From positions 1-58,055 of the forward strand of contig JAYGCK010000090.1 in NCBI GenBank assembly GCA_046583395.1: a stretch of DNA of 58,055 nucleotides, read 5' to 3'. This DNA is from Deltaproteobacteria bacterium. Its GTDB lineage: Bacteria; Desulfobacterota; Binatia; UBA1149; CAYXZP01. The position numbers and the translations under genes were made by a program. Numbering within the stretch: the stretch's first letter is position 1; each line of letters opens with the position of its first letter. This document shows, in pieces, positions 42,943-56,522 of the stretch. The notes under the pieces were generated by a model. That model worked only from the letters and a program-made list of their open reading frames with translations, ran no database searches and was not told where the DNA came from.

Positions 42943-44292
42943 ATGGCCGTGACCAAGGCTCCCGTAGTGGCGATAGTCGGGCGTCCCAACGTCGGCAAGT
43001 CGACCCTTTTCAACCGACTGATTGGCCGGCGGCGCGCCATCACGCTGGCGGTACCGGGCGTGACCCGCGACCCCATCAGCGAAAGCGTCGACTGGGACGG
43101 GTGCCGACTGGTCCTGGTCGACACCGGCGGGCTCGGCGGAGAAAGCGACATCGCCCTTGCCGAAAGAGTACACCGTCACACGTTGGCCTCGGTCAGCCAG
43201 GCCGACCTGGTCCTTGTCGTGCTCGACGCGCGCGCCGGACTAAGCCCGCTCGATGCCGAGACCGTAACAACAATCAAGGGATTGGGCCTGCCGACCCTTT
43301 ACGTTGCCAACAAGGCCGAGGGCCCGGTCGAGGACTCGGTGGTCGAGTTCTGCCGCCTCGGCATCGACGTTCCCCTGGCGGTCTCGGCCGAGCACGGCCA
43401 CGGCATCGCCGAACTCAAGGAGGCCCTGCTCGATGCATTGAAGGACCTGGGTCCCTTCCCAGAGCCGGCCGCCCCTGAACCCGCCGGACCGGACCGGCTC
43501 GATCTGGCCATTGTCGGCCGCCCAAATGTGGGCAAGTCATCACTGGCCAACCGCCTGGCCGGACGCGACCTGAGCCTGGTCGACGCGCGCCCGGGAACCA
43601 CCCGCGACGTGGTCGATACCGAGGTCAGCATGGGCGACAACGATTATCTGCTCCTCGATACCGCCGGCATGCGCCGGCCCTCACGCATTCAGATGGCCAT
43701 CGAGCGGCACAGCGTGGGGCGAAGCACCTCGGCCATAGAACGGGCCGACGTGGTCCTCCTGCTGATAGAACCCGAAGAGGGCATGACCGACCAGGACGCC
43801 CGAATCGCATCACTGGTGTGGCGGCACGGCGGCGCGCTGGTCGTGGCCATGAACAAATCCGACCTGCTCGGCGGCGCGCCTTCGCTGGCGGCCGTGGCCG
43901 AGGAGACCAGACGTCGATACCCGAGCCTGACCAACGTTGACCTGTGCCTGATATCGGCGCTCGAGGGTCGCGGTATCGAAGCCTGTCTTGCGCGCACCCA
44001 GGCCGCCTGGCGTGCGACCAAGCTAAAGGTGCCGACCTCGACCGTGAACCGCATACTGGCCGGGGCCGCCGAGCGGCGCCAGCCACCGGTGGTGGGCCGG
44101 GGACGGCTCAGCCTTCTGTATGGGACCCAGACCGGCAGCTGCCCGCCGACCTTCGCAATCTACACCAACCGGCGGCGAGTGCCCGAAGACTACCGGCGTT
44201 TTCTGGAACGCTGTATGCGCGAGCAGCTAGAGCTCAAGGGAAGCCCCGTGCGTTTGCGATTCATGCGACGCGATTCCCACCAGGGCCGCTAG
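42943..44292 (+). CDS. der: Ribosome biogenesis GTPase Der (EngA)
   Basis: Two G domains (GRPNVGKS twice, PGVTRD/PGTTRD, DTGG/DTAG, NKAE/NKSD) and KH-like C-terminus. Confidence 0.96.
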   Translation: MAVTKAPVVAIVGRPNVGKSTLFNRLIGRRRAITLAVPGVTRDPISESVDWDGCRLVLVDTGGLGGESDIALAERVHRHTLASVSQADLVLVVLDARAGLSPLDAETVTTIKGLGLPTLYVANKAEGPVEDSVVEFCRLGIDVPLAVSAEHGHGIAELKEALLDALKDLGPFPEPAAPEPAGPDRLDLAIVGRPNVGKSSLANRLAGRDLSLVDARPGTTRDVVDTEVSMGDNDYLLLDTAGMRRPSRIQMAIERHSVGRSTSAIERADVVLLLIEPEEGMTDQDARIASLVWRHGGALVVAMNKSDLLGGAPSLAAVAEETRRRYPSLTNVDLCLISALEGRGIEACLARTQAAWRATKLKVPTSTVNRILAGAAERRQPPVVGRGRLSLLYGTQTGSCPPTFAIYTNRRRVPEDYRRFLERCMREQLELKGSPVRLRFMRRDSHQGR

Positions 44293-44801
44293 GCCGAACC
44301 GGCGTGTTCGCGCGCCAGGGTCATGTATTCCTCGAGGGTCTCGTCCATCCACGCCCGTTCCTCGGGGCTTACCGCACGAACGACCTTGGCGGGTTGGCCC
44401 ATAACCACCATTCCGGCGGGAACCACCGTGCCCGAAGTGACCAGGCTCATGGCCGCGACCATGGCGCCCGGCTCAATCACCGCATGGTCGAGCACTATGG
44501 CGCCGATGCCGATGAGCGCACGGTTGCCGATTTCACAGCCGTGGACCACGGCGCGGTGCCCGACGGTCACGTCGTCGCCGACAATGGTGGGGCCGTGGTC
44601 ACGGCTAACATGGAGGGTCGAATGGTCCTGAATGTTACTGCGTTTGCCGATCCGGATATGGCTGACATCGCCGCGCAACACGCACTGGTACCAGACCGAG
44701 GAATGCTCGCCGATCGTCACGTCGCCTATGACGCGCGCGTCGGGTGCGACCCAGGCCGCCGGATCGACGACAGGGCTTTTGGTAAGATACTTGCTTAACA
44801 C
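44289..44801 (-). CDS. Gamma carbonic anhydrase family protein
   Basis: Hexapeptide repeats; LRGD, SNIQD...H, VTVGH.A.VHGC. Confidence 0.92.
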   Translation of the reverse strand: MLSKYLTKSPVVDPAAWVAPDARVIGDVTIGEHSSVWYQCVLRGDVSHIRIGKRSNIQDHSTLHVSRDHGPTIVGDDVTVGHRAVVHGCEIGNRALIGIGAIVLDHAVIEPGAMVAAMSLVTSGTVVPAGMVVMGQPAKVVRAVSPEERAWMDETLEEYMTLAREHAGSA

Positions 44802-44839
44802 GTAGCGGTTTGGTGGGGCACAGGCTGTTCGTTCGGTTC

Positions 44840-46346
<1,507 letters not shown>

Positions 46347-46358
46347 ACACGGGGCTCA

Positions 46359-47900
46359 ATGGTCGTAGTTCTCGATTTCGGCAGCCAGTACACCCAGCTC
46401 ATTGCCCGGCGCGTACGCGAGGCCGGCGTCTACTGCGAGATACACCCCTATGACATCGAGGCCGGCCGGCTGGCCGAACTCGCTCCGGCCGCGGTCATCC
46501 TGTCGGGGGGACCGTCGAGCGTTTACGACGCCGACGCACCGATGCCGGCTCCCGAGGTCCTCGAGATGGACCTGCCGTATCTCGGCATATGCTACGGCAT
46601 GGGGGTCCTGGGACTGGCGGACGGCGGTACCGTGGCGGCAAGCAAAGAGCGCGAGTACGGACCGGCCGAACTATCGGTCAACACCGGCGACCGGCTCTTC
46701 GCGGGCCTAAACGGCCAGGCACCCGGAGCTGCGCTGCGCGTGTGGATGAGCCACGGCGACCGCTTGGAACGCTTGCCCGAGGGTTGGGAAGCGGTCGCGG
46801 CCACCGACTCCTCTCCCTATGCCGCCGTACGTGACGGCAAACGCCCACGCTATGGCTTGCAGTTCCACCCCGAGGTGGTCCACAGCAGGGGCGGGACCGA
46901 GATTCTTCGAAACTTCCTGTTCGGCGTCTGCGGCCTGAGCTCGGACTGGACCATGGAGGCCTTCGCCGAGACCGCCTGCCGGCGGATTCGCGAACAGGTC
47001 GGCGATGGCCGCATTGTCTGCGGTCTGAGTGGAGGGGTGGACTCGAGCGTGACCGCGGCGCTCATCGAACGCGCGGTCCCCGGGCAACTGACCTGCGTGT
47101 TCGTCGATAACGGCCTGCTTCGCAAAGACGAGGCCAGCCAGGTCAGCGAGCGGCTGGGCGGGTATTTCGGCGGCGATTTCGTGGCGGTCGATGCCGCCTC
47201 ACGTTTCCTTAAGGCGCTGTCCGGGGTCAGCGACCCGGAACGAAAGCGTAAGATTATCGGCGAGACCTTCATCGAAGTATTTGAAGAGGCCGCCAACGAA
47301 CGCGGGCAGGCCGGTTTCCTGGCCCAGGGAACGCTCTACCCCGACGTCATCGAATCGGTCTCGGTCAAAGGCCCTTCGGCCACCATCAAGAGCCACCACA
47401 ACGTAGGCGGACTGCCCGAGCGCATGAAACTCGAGCTGGTCGAACCGCTGCGCGAACTGTTCAAGGACGAGGTCCGCGCCGTCGGCCGCGTGCTCGAACT
47501 TCCCGACGACATACTCGACCGTCATCCATTTCCGGGCCCCGGACTGGCCGTCCGCATTCTTGGCGAGATTATTGAAGAGGATCTGGCCATCTTGCGCGAG
47601 GCCGACGCTATCTTCATAGACGAGATACGCCGTGCAGGCCTCTACGATGACATCTGGCAGGCCTTCGCGGTCCTACTGCCGGTGCGCACGGTAGGCGTTC
47701 AAGGCGACTTCAGGACCTACGACCGGGTCGTCGCCCTGCGCGCGATAACCAGCGAGGACGGTATGACCGCCGACTGGTTCCGGTTCCCCGACGAGGTGCT
47801 TGCACGGGCCTCGGCGCGCATCAGCAACGAGGTGACGGGCATAAACAGGGTGGTCTACGACGTCTCTTCCAAGCCACCGGCCACGGTGGAATGGGAGTAA
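46359..47900 (+). CDS. guaA: GMP synthase
   Basis: [63 protein letters not shown]. Confidence 0.97.
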   Translation: MVVVLDFGSQYTQLIARRVREAGVYCEIHPYDIEAGRLAELAPAAVILSGGPSSVYDADAPMPAPEVLEMDLPYLGICYGMGVLGLADGGTVAASKEREYGPAELSVNTGDRLFAGLNGQAPGAALRVWMSHGDRLERLPEGWEAVAATDSSPYAAVRDGKRPRYGLQFHPEVVHSRGGTEILRNFLFGVCGLSSDWTMEAFAETACRRIREQVGDGRIVCGLSGGVDSSVTAALIERAVPGQLTCVFVDNGLLRKDEASQVSERLGGYFGGDFVAVDAASRFLKALSGVSDPERKRKIIGETFIEVFEEAANERGQAGFLAQGTLYPDVIESVSVKGPSATIKSHHNVGGLPERMKLELVEPLRELFKDEVRAVGRVLELPDDILDRHPFPGPGLAVRILGEIIEEDLAILREADAIFIDEIRRAGLYDDIWQAFAVLLPVRTVGVQGDFRTYDRVVALRAITSEDGMTADWFRFPDEVLARASARISNEVTGINRVVYDVSSKPPATVEWE

Positions 47901-47904
47901 GAGC

Positions 47905-50900
47905 TTGGCCTACGCCCACCTGCACCTCCACACCCACTACAGCCTCCTAGACGGCGCCACCAAAGTTTCCGCCTTGATGTCGAAGGTTTCCGGCCTCGAC
48001 ATGCCCGCCGTGGCCATCACCGACCACGGCAATATGTTCGGCGTAATTGACTTCTACCGCAGCGCGGTCAGCCAAGGCGTCAAGCCCATAATCGGTTGCG
48101 AGGTCTACGTCGCGCCCGGCAGCCGCAAGGACCGCAGCCAGCATGTGGTGGGAGACTACGAGCGGGGGGGCAACGACCACCTGATACTGTTGGCCAGCAA
48201 CGACACCGGCTACCGTAACCTCAGTCGCATGGTCACCCAGAGCTACCGCGACGGGTTCTACTACAAGCCGCGAATCGACAAAGAACTCCTGGGTGAATTC
48301 AATGAAGGGTTGATATGCCTGAGCGGATGTCTGAGCGGCGAGGTCGCCAGCGCGATAACCGCAGGCCGCCACGACATCGCCAGACGCGCGATTGAGGAAT
48401 ACCAGGGACTGTTCGGCGACCGTTATTATCTCGAGATTCAGGACAACCGCATGGCCCAGCAGCGCACGGTCAACGAGTACATGCTCGAGGCCAGCCGTGA
48501 ACTGAGCATCCCCTTGGTGGCCACCAACGATTGCCACTATCTCGACCACGACGACCACCTGGCCCACGAGGTGTTGCTGTGCGTACAGACCGGCAAGACC
48601 ATGGCCGACGAGGACCGCTGGAAGCTCGATACCGACCAACTGTTCGTAAAAGGCGAGGAGGAGATGCTCGCCGCGTTCCCCGACTGCCCCGAAGCGGTGA
48701 CGTCGTCGGTCGAGATTGCCGAACGCTGCGACGTCGAGATTACCTTCGGCAAGCACCAGTTCCCGGTCTTTTCGGTGCCCGAAGGCACCAGCCTGGACAA
48801 GACGTTGGCCGGGCAGGCGCGGGCCGGATTGGCCGAACGCGGCAAGGCCGAACTCGACGATTATCGCACCCGCCTCGAGGACGAACTCGAGATGATCACC
48901 CGCATGGACTTTGCCGGGTACTTTCTGATCGTCGCCGACTTCGTCAATTGGGCAAAGGCCCAGGGGATACCGGTCGGGCCGGGCAGAGGCTCGGCCGCGG
49001 GGAGTCTGGTCTCGTGGGCGCTCGGTATCACCGACATAGACCCGATTCCCTACAAGCTGCTCTTCGAGCGCTTCCTCAACCCGGAGCGCCGGACCATGCC
49101 CGACATCGATGTCGACTTTTGTTACGAGCGCCGCGACGAGGTGGTCCAGTATGTGCGCGACAAGTACGGCAAGGACTGCGTGGCCAACATCATCACCTTC
49201 GGCACGCTAAAGGGACGGGCGGCGATAAGGGATGTGGGCCGGGCACTCGGGTTCTCGTTCGCCGAGACCGACCGCATCTGCAAGCTCTACCCGGCTCCCG
49301 TTCAGGGGCGTGACCACTCGCTGGAAAAGGCACTCAGCCTCGAACCCAAGCTCGAGGAGATTCGCAAGTCGGGCGACCGCGAGAAACAACTGTTCGACCA
49401 TGCCTTGAAGCTCGAGGGGCTGGCCCGCCATGTGTCCAAGCACGCCGCGGGCATCGTCATCTCCGACCGGCCTTTGGTCGAATCGGTGCCGCTATACACC
49501 GACAAGGACGGAACCGTGATGACGCAGTTCGCGGGGCCCGACATCGAGGCACTCGGGCTCATCAAGTTCGACTTCCTCGGCCTCAAAACGCTCACCCTGT
49601 TGGACCACGCGGTCAGGTGCATACGCGAGACGCGCGACGAAGATATAGACCTCTCCAAGCTCCCGGCCGACGACACCGAAACCTACCGCCTGATTGCGCG
49701 GGCCGACACCGTCGGAGTATTCCAAATGCAGAGCGACGGGATGCGCAAGCTCCTGACCCAGCTAAAACCGGTCGCGTTCGAGGACCTCGTGGCCGTCCTG
49801 GCCCTGTTCCGTCCCGGCCCGCTCGATAGCGGCATGGTCGACCAGTACATCAAACGCCGCAACGGCGAGGAGGCCGTGCGTTTTCCCGACGACAGCATGG
49901 CCTCGATACTGCGCGAGACCCACGGGGTCATCGTTTACCAGGAACAGGTCATGCAGATTGCCCAGGCATATGCCGGTTACACGCTCGGAGAAGCCGACAA
50001 CCTGCGCCGCGCGATGGGCAAAAAGAAGGCCGAGGTCATGGCCGTCGAACGACAGCGCTTCATGGACGGCGCCAAGGCGGCCGGCCATCGAGCCTCGGAT
50101 GCCGAAGCAATCTTCCAGCAGGTCGAGACCTTCGCCGCCTACGGCTTCAACAAATCGCATTCGGCCGCCTACGCCATGATCTCCTACCAGACCGCCTATC
50201 TCAAGGCGCATTATCCCCGCGAGTTCCTTGCCGCGCTGATGACCATCGAGATGGCCGACACCGACAAGACCTACAAAAACATGGCCGACTGCCGCGCGCG
50301 TGGCATCCGCGTGCTGCCGCCCGACGTCAATAGCAGCGAGATAGGCTTTACGGTGTCCGAAGAGGGCATTCGCTTCGGGCTCGGGGCGGTCAAAGGTATC
50401 GGGGAGAAGGCCATCGAGATGATCTTGGAGGCGCGCCAGGCCGGTCCCTTCGACTCGCTTGGAGATTTCTTGATACGCCGCGCCGGCAGCCAGATTAACC
50501 GGCGGACGGTCGAGGGGCTGATAAAGAGCGGCGCATTCGATTTGGTGGAGCCCGGGAGAGCTCGTCTGGTCGCCGCCCTCGACCCGACCATGGCCTGGGC
50601 CTCTCGTGTACGTGAGGACCGGGCCGCGGGCCAGATGGGCCTGTTCGCCGGCGGCGGCACCGACAGCGAAGCGGAACCCGAACTCCCCGACATCATCGAA
50701 TGGGACAACGCCGCAAGGCTGGAGGCCGAACACGAGGTCGTCGGCTTTTACATCTCCGGTCACCCGCTCGACCGTTACACGGCCGACCTTAGCCTGGTCG
50801 GCGCGACCACGACCTCGGCCCTGGGCAACGCGCGCGACCAAAGCCGGGTAGCGATGGCTGGCGTCACCAACACCGTCAAGCGCAAGAACAGCCGCAAAGG

Positions 50901-51381
50901 GGACCGCTATGCAACCTTCAACCTCGAGGACCGCGAAGGGGTCATCGAGGTAATCGCTTGGCCAAAGGTCTACAGCCAATGCGAGGCCGCCATCGTGGGC
51001 CGCGAGCCCTTGTTCGTCACCGGCACGCTCGAGACCGTCGATATGGGCAGAGCGGACGAGGGCGGCAACGGCGACCCTGTCGGCCGCAAGGCTCAGGTGA
51101 TTGCGGCCGAGATTATTCCGCTGACCGAGGCCAGGCGGCGGCGCGCACGTAGCGTCGATATCTGCATTGAGGCCGGCCTCTTCGATCCGGCCCGCCTGGG
51201 ACGGTTAAAGGATACCATGAGGAAATACCCCGGCGCCTGCCGGCCCTACCTGCGAGTGACCAGGCCCGGGGCCAGCGAGGCCATTATCGAGCTTCCGGCC
51301 GACCTAACGGTCGACCCCAACGACAGGTTCCTCCAGGAGGTGGAATCACTGGCCGGGCTAGGCAGCACAGTGGTCAAGTGA
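47905..51381 (+). CDS. dnaE: DNA polymerase III alpha subunit
   Basis: HLHLHT.YSLLDG PHP domain, [43 protein letters not shown] fold. Confidence 0.97.
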   Translation: MAYAHLHLHTHYSLLDGATKVSALMSKVSGLDMPAVAITDHGNMFGVIDFYRSAVSQGVKPIIGCEVYVAPGSRKDRSQHVVGDYERGGNDHLILLASNDTGYRNLSRMVTQSYRDGFYYKPRIDKELLGEFNEGLICLSGCLSGEVASAITAGRHDIARRAIEEYQGLFGDRYYLEIQDNRMAQQRTVNEYMLEASRELSIPLVATNDCHYLDHDDHLAHEVLLCVQTGKTMADEDRWKLDTDQLFVKGEEEMLAAFPDCPEAVTSSVEIAERCDVEITFGKHQFPVFSVPEGTSLDKTLAGQARAGLAERGKAELDDYRTRLEDELEMITRMDFAGYFLIVADFVNWAKAQGIPVGPGRGSAAGSLVSWALGITDIDPIPYKLLFERFLNPERRTMPDIDVDFCYERRDEVVQYVRDKYGKDCVANIITFGTLKGRAAIRDVGRALGFSFAETDRICKLYPAPVQGRDHSLEKALSLEPKLEEIRKSGDREKQLFDHALKLEGLARHVSKHAAGIVISDRPLVESVPLYTDKDGTVMTQFAGPDIEALGLIKFDFLGLKTLTLLDHAVRCIRETRDEDIDLSKLPADDTETYRLIARADTVGVFQMQSDGMRKLLTQLKPVAFEDLVAVLALFRPGPLDSGMVDQYIKRRNGEEAVRFPDDSMASILRETHGVIVYQEQVMQIAQAYAGYTLGEADNLRRAMGKKKAEVMAVERQRFMDGAKAAGHRASDAEAIFQQVETFAAYGFNKSHSAAYAMISYQTAYLKAHYPREFLAALMTIEMADTDKTYKNMADCRARGIRVLPPDVNSSEIGFTVSEEGIRFGLGAVKGIGEKAIEMILEARQAGPFDSLGDFLIRRAGSQINRRTVEGLIKSGAFDLVEPGRARLVAALDPTMAWASRVREDRAAGQMGLFAGGGTDSEAEPELPDIIEWDNAARLEAEHEVVGFYISGHPLDRYTADLSLVGATTTSALGNARDQSRVAMAGVTNTVKRKNSRKGDRYATFNLEDREGVIEVIAWPKVYSQCEAAIVGREPLFVTGTLETVDMGRADEGGNGDPVGRKAQVIAAEIIPLTEARRRRARSVDICIEAGLFDPARLGRLKDTMRKYPGACRPYLRVTRPGASEAIIELPADLTVDPNDRFLQEVESLAGLGSTVVK

Positions 51382-52628
51382 CCGCGCCGGAGAGCGAACG
51401 AGAACGCGCGGTCCTGGTCTGGGCCGGACGCGAAACGTCGCGTTGCCGCCCGTCGCTCGAAGAGTTGGGGCGGCTCGCACGCACGGTCGAGCTGAAAATA
51501 GTCGGGCGTCTTACCCAGGAAATAAAGAAGGTCCGTCCGGCCACGCTTATCGGGAAGGGCAAGGTCGATGAACTGGTCGACATGGTGACCCAGTGGTCGG
51601 CCGATGTCGTGATCTTCGACGATGCGCTGAGCCCGGCACAACGCCGCAACCTAGAGCGCGCGGTCGACATAAAGGTCATCGACCGCAGCCAGCTCATCCT
51701 CGACATATTCGCGCGGCGCGCACGCACCAGCGCCGGCAAGCTCCAGGTCGAGCTTGCCCAACTCGATTACCTGCTGCCGCGACTGACCCGCCATTGGACC
51801 CATCTGTCGCGTATCCGCGGCGGGGTAGGGACCAAGGGCCCCGGCGAGACCCAGCTCGAGGTCGACCGCCAGCTCATCGCCCACCGCATGGCCAGGCTCA
51901 AAAAGCGCCTGGCCGACATCGACCGTACCCGCGACCTCAATGCGCGTGGGCGCCGGGCCATTCCTTATCCAACTGTGGCGCTGGTCGGGTATACCAACGC
52001 GGGCAAGTCTTCGCTGATGAACGCGCTAACCGGGTCCGACATGTTCGTGGCCGACCAGCTGTTTGCCACCCTCGACCCGACCGTGCGCAGCCTGGACCTG
52101 CCATCGGGAACCAAGGCCATGCTGGTCGATACCGTAGGCTTCGTCTCCAAGCTCCCGCACGAACTTATTGAGGCTTTCAAGGGCACGCTCGAACAGGTGA
52201 CCCAGTCGGACCTCATCCTCCATGTGGTCGATTCGACCTCCTCTGACCTCGAGTCACACCTCGAGGTCGTAAGCTCCATCCTCGGAGAACTCGGCGCGCT
52301 AGGGCTCCCGCAACTGGTGGTCTACAACAAGCAGGACCAATCCGGCGCGGCCGGCCCGCCGAACGGCGCACTGGCGGTATCGGCCTTATCGGGAGCCGGA
52401 CTCGACCGTATCCCGGCCGCAATAGACAGCAAGCTCCGGCACGAGGAAACGCGCATCGAGGTGCTGGTCGAGCACAGCGACGGACGCACCCGGGCGTGGT
52501 TGTACGACAACGCGCGTGTGGTAGATGAGCGCGAAGAGGCCAACGGGACCCGGATCGTGGCCTGGGCCAGCCAACGAACCGTGGGCAGGCTGGGCCAGCT
52601 CAAGGCCGGGGCGGGCACCAAAGCCTGA
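51378..52628 (+). CDS. hflX: GTPase HflX
   Basis: [47 protein letters not shown]. Confidence 0.96.
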   Translation: MTAPESERERAVLVWAGRETSRCRPSLEELGRLARTVELKIVGRLTQEIKKVRPATLIGKGKVDELVDMVTQWSADVVIFDDALSPAQRRNLERAVDIKVIDRSQLILDIFARRARTSAGKLQVELAQLDYLLPRLTRHWTHLSRIRGGVGTKGPGETQLEVDRQLIAHRMARLKKRLADIDRTRDLNARGRRAIPYPTVALVGYTNAGKSSLMNALTGSDMFVADQLFATLDPTVRSLDLPSGTKAMLVDTVGFVSKLPHELIEAFKGTLEQVTQSDLILHVVDSTSSDLESHLEVVSSILGELGALGLPQLVVYNKQDQSGAAGPPNGALAVSALSGAGLDRIPAAIDSKLRHEETRIEVLVEHSDGRTRAWLYDNARVVDEREEANGTRIVAWASQRTVGRLGQLKAGAGTKA

Positions 52629-52643
52629 GACCACCGCGTACGC

Positions 52644-53189
52644 ATGCTCAACATTCCCAACGCCCTGACCTTCCTCAGGATACTAGCGGTCCCGCTGTTC
52701 CTGTCCTTGCTCGCCGACGGTCGTTACCAGCCCGCGCTCATCGTGTTTGCCCTGGCCGGACTCACCGACGCGCTCGACGGTGCGGTAGCCCGGCTGACCG
52801 ACACCCGGACCGAACTCGGCTCATACCTCGACCCCTTCGCCGACAAACTGCTCCTGGTAAGCGCCTTCATCACGCTAGGCATAATAGGCAGCATCCCGGC
52901 ACCGTTGATGATTACGGTCATCGTTCGCGACGTGGTCATCATGGGCGGCTATCTGTTCGCAGCCACCGTAATGGAAAAGGCCATGGCCATGTCCCCGACC
53001 ATCTGGGGTAAGGTCACCACCTTCACTCAGCTCGTGACGGTGGCCCTGGTGCTTGTCGATATGGCCGCCTGGCTCGCGGTCCCGACCGAGACCCTCATGG
53101 CGGCCTTCATCATAACGGCCGTGGCCACGGTGGTCTCGGGCGTGCACTACGTCGCCTTCGGACTCAGGCAATACCAAGCCGAAAGCTAA
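52644..53189 (+). CDS. CDP-alcohol phosphatidyltransferase (PgsA-like)
   Basis: NIPN.LT..R and D..DG..AR......G..LDP.ADK motif. Confidence 0.9.
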   Translation: MLNIPNALTFLRILAVPLFLSLLADGRYQPALIVFALAGLTDALDGAVARLTDTRTELGSYLDPFADKLLLVSAFITLGIIGSIPAPLMITVIVRDVVIMGGYLFAATVMEKAMAMSPTIWGKVTTFTQLVTVALVLVDMAAWLAVPTETLMAAFIITAVATVVSGVHYVAFGLRQYQAES

Positions 53190-53192
53190 GCG

Positions 53193-53957
53193 TCACAAAG
53201 GGGCAAGCGGCGTTCGGCAGGGCGGACCGTCGGCGTGAAAAAGCTCGGTCCGGCCCCCGGCATCAACGAGCAGTAGTGAGGCAGAACGAGTGCCGAACTC
53301 CTCGGTGTGAACACAAAGCCGGCCAAAGGGGCCGGCCTCGTCAGGGTCGGCGCTGGCGCCGTGATCGGCAAGCACGGTCGTGGTCGCGCAACGGAGTTCC
53401 TCGGCGTCTGCACCGCCGGCCAACAGTTCGGCCACCTCTTCGAAGCGTGGGACCGCGCTTGCCAACCTCGGACAGCGGGGGTCGTTGACATCGAGCCCGG
53501 TCAGCACGGAGAGCCCGGCGTCGAGTTCTGTGAGCCGGGGCCCGGATGCCGAGGCGTTATCGATGACGACGGCGCGTTCGGGGCCGGCCAGGAACAAGTT
53601 GAAGGACTGGTAGCGACCGAGGTCCTGGCCCTCGACCGAGGCCAGAGCCCCTCTAAAATCATCGTGGGCCAGAGCCTCGAGGCACAGCAAGCCACGCGAG
53701 CGCTGCCCGGCACTGCGCGGCTGGGGAGGAAAGTTTCCCTGACGGCGATTTAGAAGTCCGGCAACTAGGGGCCCGGAGCTATTGCGAAACCCAAACCATG
53801 TCCCGTTCGCCTCGAGGTCGAGTCCGGCCGTTACACCGGGCGGCTCCCGGAGAGGTGCGGGGGGCAGGGTGGGGCGCCCATAGAACTCGTCTCGGTTGGC
53901 GGCAACAACGAGCGGATAACGCGCGCTTAGTTCCCTAAATACAGCCAAAGTGCACAT
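53193..53957 (-). CDS. NRDE/TANGO2 family protein
   Basis: MCTL start, AANRDEFY.RP, D...GTW.G, SRG.L, FNL, FGTRS. Confidence 0.9.
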   Translation of the reverse strand: MCTLAVFRELSARYPLVVAANRDEFYGRPTLPPAPLREPPGVTAGLDLEANGTWFGFRNSSGPLVAGLLNRRQGNFPPQPRSAGQRSRGLLCLEALAHDDFRGALASVEGQDLGRYQSFNLFLAGPERAVVIDNASASGPRLTELDAGLSVLTGLDVNDPRCPRLASAVPRFEEVAELLAGGADAEELRCATTTVLADHGASADPDEAGPFGRLCVHTEEFGTRSASLLLVDAGGRTELFHADGPPCRTPLAPL

Positions 53958-54049
53958 TGTCTCGCCCCGGACGCCGTGTTAGCGTGCCCGAACTTCGCTG
54001 GCCAACGGCCGTCTTTGCACGACCGGCCCATAGCAACCAAGGACCGACC

Positions 54050-55051
54050 GTGAGCGCCGACAAAGAACAAACATACGCATCGATTGACGACGTCCAATCC
54101 CGTTTGGCCGGACAGAAATACATCTGCGACCGCAATATCGCCACCATCGTCTTCCTTGCCTCGCGCCTTGGTAAGCCCTTGCTCGTTGAGGGACCGGCCG
54201 GTGTGGGTAAGACCGAACTGGCAAAGGTGGTCGCAACCAGTCTCGATGCAGAGCTTATACGGCTGCAGTGCTACGAGGGGCTCGACGAGGCCAAGGCTCT
54301 CTACGAATGGGAGTACGCCAAACAGCTGCTCTATACCCAGATTCTCAAGGACAAGATTGGCGAGGTCACCGCGGGCACCAACACATTGTCGGAGGCCGTC
54401 GACCGCCTGACCGCCCAGGACGACGTCTTCTTCTCCAACCGCTTCATCCTGGAGCGGCCGCTTCTTCGGGCAATAAGCTCGGAACAGGTGCAGGTCCTGC
54501 TCATAGACGAGATTGACAAAGCCGATGCCGAATTTGAGGCCTTCCTCCTGGAAATCCTCAGCGACTTCCAGGTCACCATTCCCGAGATAGGGACCATAGT
54601 GGCCCGTCGTATCCCGGTCGTCGTTCTGACCTCGAACAACGCCCGTGAGATGTCCGATGCTCTCAAGCGCCGTTGCATGCACCTTTACATAGACTTTCCC
54701 TCCGAGAGCCTCGAGCTGGAGATTGTGCGCCTCAAGGTCCCCGAGGCCGACGAGGAACTGACCCGGGAGCTGGTCAGCATCGTGCAGTCCATCCGTGGCC
54801 TCGACCTGAAAAAGGCCCCGAGCATCTCGGAGACACTGGACTGGGCCAGGGCCCTGGTCGTGATGAACATCGACAGCCTGGAGGACGAACTGGTGGCCGA
54901 CACGCTATCGACCATCTGTAAGTACGAGGGCGACCTGCGAAAGGCCGAAAAGGAGCTATCCTCCTACGTTGAGCGCAAGCGCGCCGAACGACGCGCGGCC
55001 GAAGAACCGGCCCAACCCGAGCCCGAAAGCGACAAGGACCTGCTCCACTAG
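54050..55051 (+). CDS. MoxR-family AAA+ ATPase (CoxD-like)
   Basis: PLLVEGPAGVGKTE, RLQCYEGLD..KALYEW, LLIDEIDKAD.EFEA, TSN..R..SDALKRRC. GTG 54050 with AAGGA SD. Confidence 0.92.
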   Translation: MSADKEQTYASIDDVQSRLAGQKYICDRNIATIVFLASRLGKPLLVEGPAGVGKTELAKVVATSLDAELIRLQCYEGLDEAKALYEWEYAKQLLYTQILKDKIGEVTAGTNTLSEAVDRLTAQDDVFFSNRFILERPLLRAISSEQVQVLLIDEIDKADAEFEAFLLEILSDFQVTIPEIGTIVARRIPVVVLTSNNAREMSDALKRRCMHLYIDFPSESLELEIVRLKVPEADEELTRELVSIVQSIRGLDLKKAPSISETLDWARALVVMNIDSLEDELVADTLSTICKYEGDLRKAEKELSSYVERKRAERRAAEEPAQPEPESDKDLLH

Positions 55052-55071
55052 GTCCGCCGGCCCCCGGCCTC

Positions 55072-56478
55072 ATGGAAAGACGCATCATAGAGTTCGCGGG
55101 CCTGCTCAGGCGCCGTGGCGTGCGTGTGTCGACCGCCGAGACCATCGACGCGATGCGAGCGGTCGAGCTGACCGGACTGTCGGAAAAGAAAGACTTCAAG
55201 AGCACCCTGCGTGCGACCATGGTCAAACGCTCGAGCGACCTCGAGCCTTTTTCCGAGGCCTTCGACGTCTTCTTCTCCGGGCTGGCCCAGATGATACGCG
55301 ACCTCGGCCAACAGGCGGCTGGGGACCTCACAGACGCCGACCTCCAGGCCTTCCTCGAAGAGCTGGCACGCATGCTCGAGGAATCCGACCAGGACATCTC
55401 CGACCTGGCCCGTTCCCTGCTTCTCCAGGACGCCGGGAACATGGAACGGATGCTGCGCGAGGCCCTTGCCAAAGCCAGCGCCGAAAAACCCGAGATGAAC
55501 ATGACCGCGCCCGGAGCCGCGCGCATAGTCTCGGAAGCGCTAGGGGCGGGGGGGCTGCAACGCGAGCTCGACCGATTGCTCGAGACCGCCGAAGAGGCCG
55601 GGATGTCGCCCGACGACCTCGAACGCCTGCGCGAATACTTCAAGCAGCGCATGAAGGACCTCGGCCAGATGGTCAAGGGCATGATGAAGACCGAAGGCGC
55701 CAAGAACGAGCAGCGCGAGTCGAAGGCCAAGGAGCGCGAACGGCTCCTCGACAAGAGCTTCTACTACCTGTCACCGTCCGAAATACGGCGGATGCGAGAG
55801 GCCGTCTCGGCGCTGGCCAGACGGCTGAAGAACGTGATGTCGGTACGCCGCAAGCGCACCAAGCGGGGCCGGCTCGACGTAAAGGCCACCCTGCGTTCCT
55901 CGTTGGAGTTCGGGGGTGTCCCGTTCCGCATCCGCTACGAGGACAAGCGCAAGGAAAGGCCGCAAATAGTCATACTTTGCGATATCTCGGACTCGGTGAG
56001 GAACGTGTCGCGCTTCATGTTGCAGTTCGTCCACTCGCTCCAGGACATGTACTCGCGGGTCAGGAGCTTCGTGTTCGTGGCCGACCTGGGCGAGGTTTCG
56101 GGTCTGTTCGAGGACAACGACATCCAGACCGCCATTCAAAAGGCCATCGGCGGGGAGGTCGTCAACGTCTATGCCCATTCCGACTTCGGGCGGGCCTTTA
56201 AGAAGTTCCACGAGGAGTACCTGGAGGGGGTAGACAGCCGGACCACGGTCATCGTGCTGGGAGACGCCCGCAACAACTACAACGCCCCCAACGACTGGGT
56301 CTTGCGCGACGTTCAGGAGCGCGCCCGCCAGGTCATCTGGCTCAACCCCGAGAACCGCTCCACCTGGGGCTTTGGCGACAGCGAGATGGAGCGCTACGGG
56401 CGCTTCTGCGATATGGTCGAAGAGTGCCGCAACCTGCGCCAGCTCTATACCGTCGTCGACGCTATGGCCCTGGGATAA
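55072..56478 (+). CDS. VWA-domain CoxE-like protein
   Basis: F...LR..G..VS..E, G.LD...T.R, MIDAS-like CDISDSV, LGDARNNY, WLNPE....WG.GDS. Confidence 0.9.
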   Translation: MERRIIEFAGLLRRRGVRVSTAETIDAMRAVELTGLSEKKDFKSTLRATMVKRSSDLEPFSEAFDVFFSGLAQMIRDLGQQAAGDLTDADLQAFLEELARMLEESDQDISDLARSLLLQDAGNMERMLREALAKASAEKPEMNMTAPGAARIVSEALGAGGLQRELDRLLETAEEAGMSPDDLERLREYFKQRMKDLGQMVKGMMKTEGAKNEQRESKAKERERLLDKSFYYLSPSEIRRMREAVSALARRLKNVMSVRRKRTKRGRLDVKATLRSSLEFGGVPFRIRYEDKRKERPQIVILCDISDSVRNVSRFMLQFVHSLQDMYSRVRSFVFVADLGEVSGLFEDNDIQTAIQKAIGGEVVNVYAHSDFGRAFKKFHEEYLEGVDSRTTVIVLGDARNNYNAPNDWVLRDVQERARQVIWLNPENRSTWGFGDSEMERYGRFCDMVEECRNLRQLYTVVDAMALG

Positions 56479-56522
56479 GGCGGTTGACGGCCGTCCCGCG
56501 GCCGGTCAGAATCCAGGGTAGA

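Noticed and set aside
42880-42955. Divergent ORFs both starting MAVT (der and the methyltransferase) as an inverted duplication
   Set aside because: The codons differ and the methyltransferase more likely starts at GTG 42876; coincidence.
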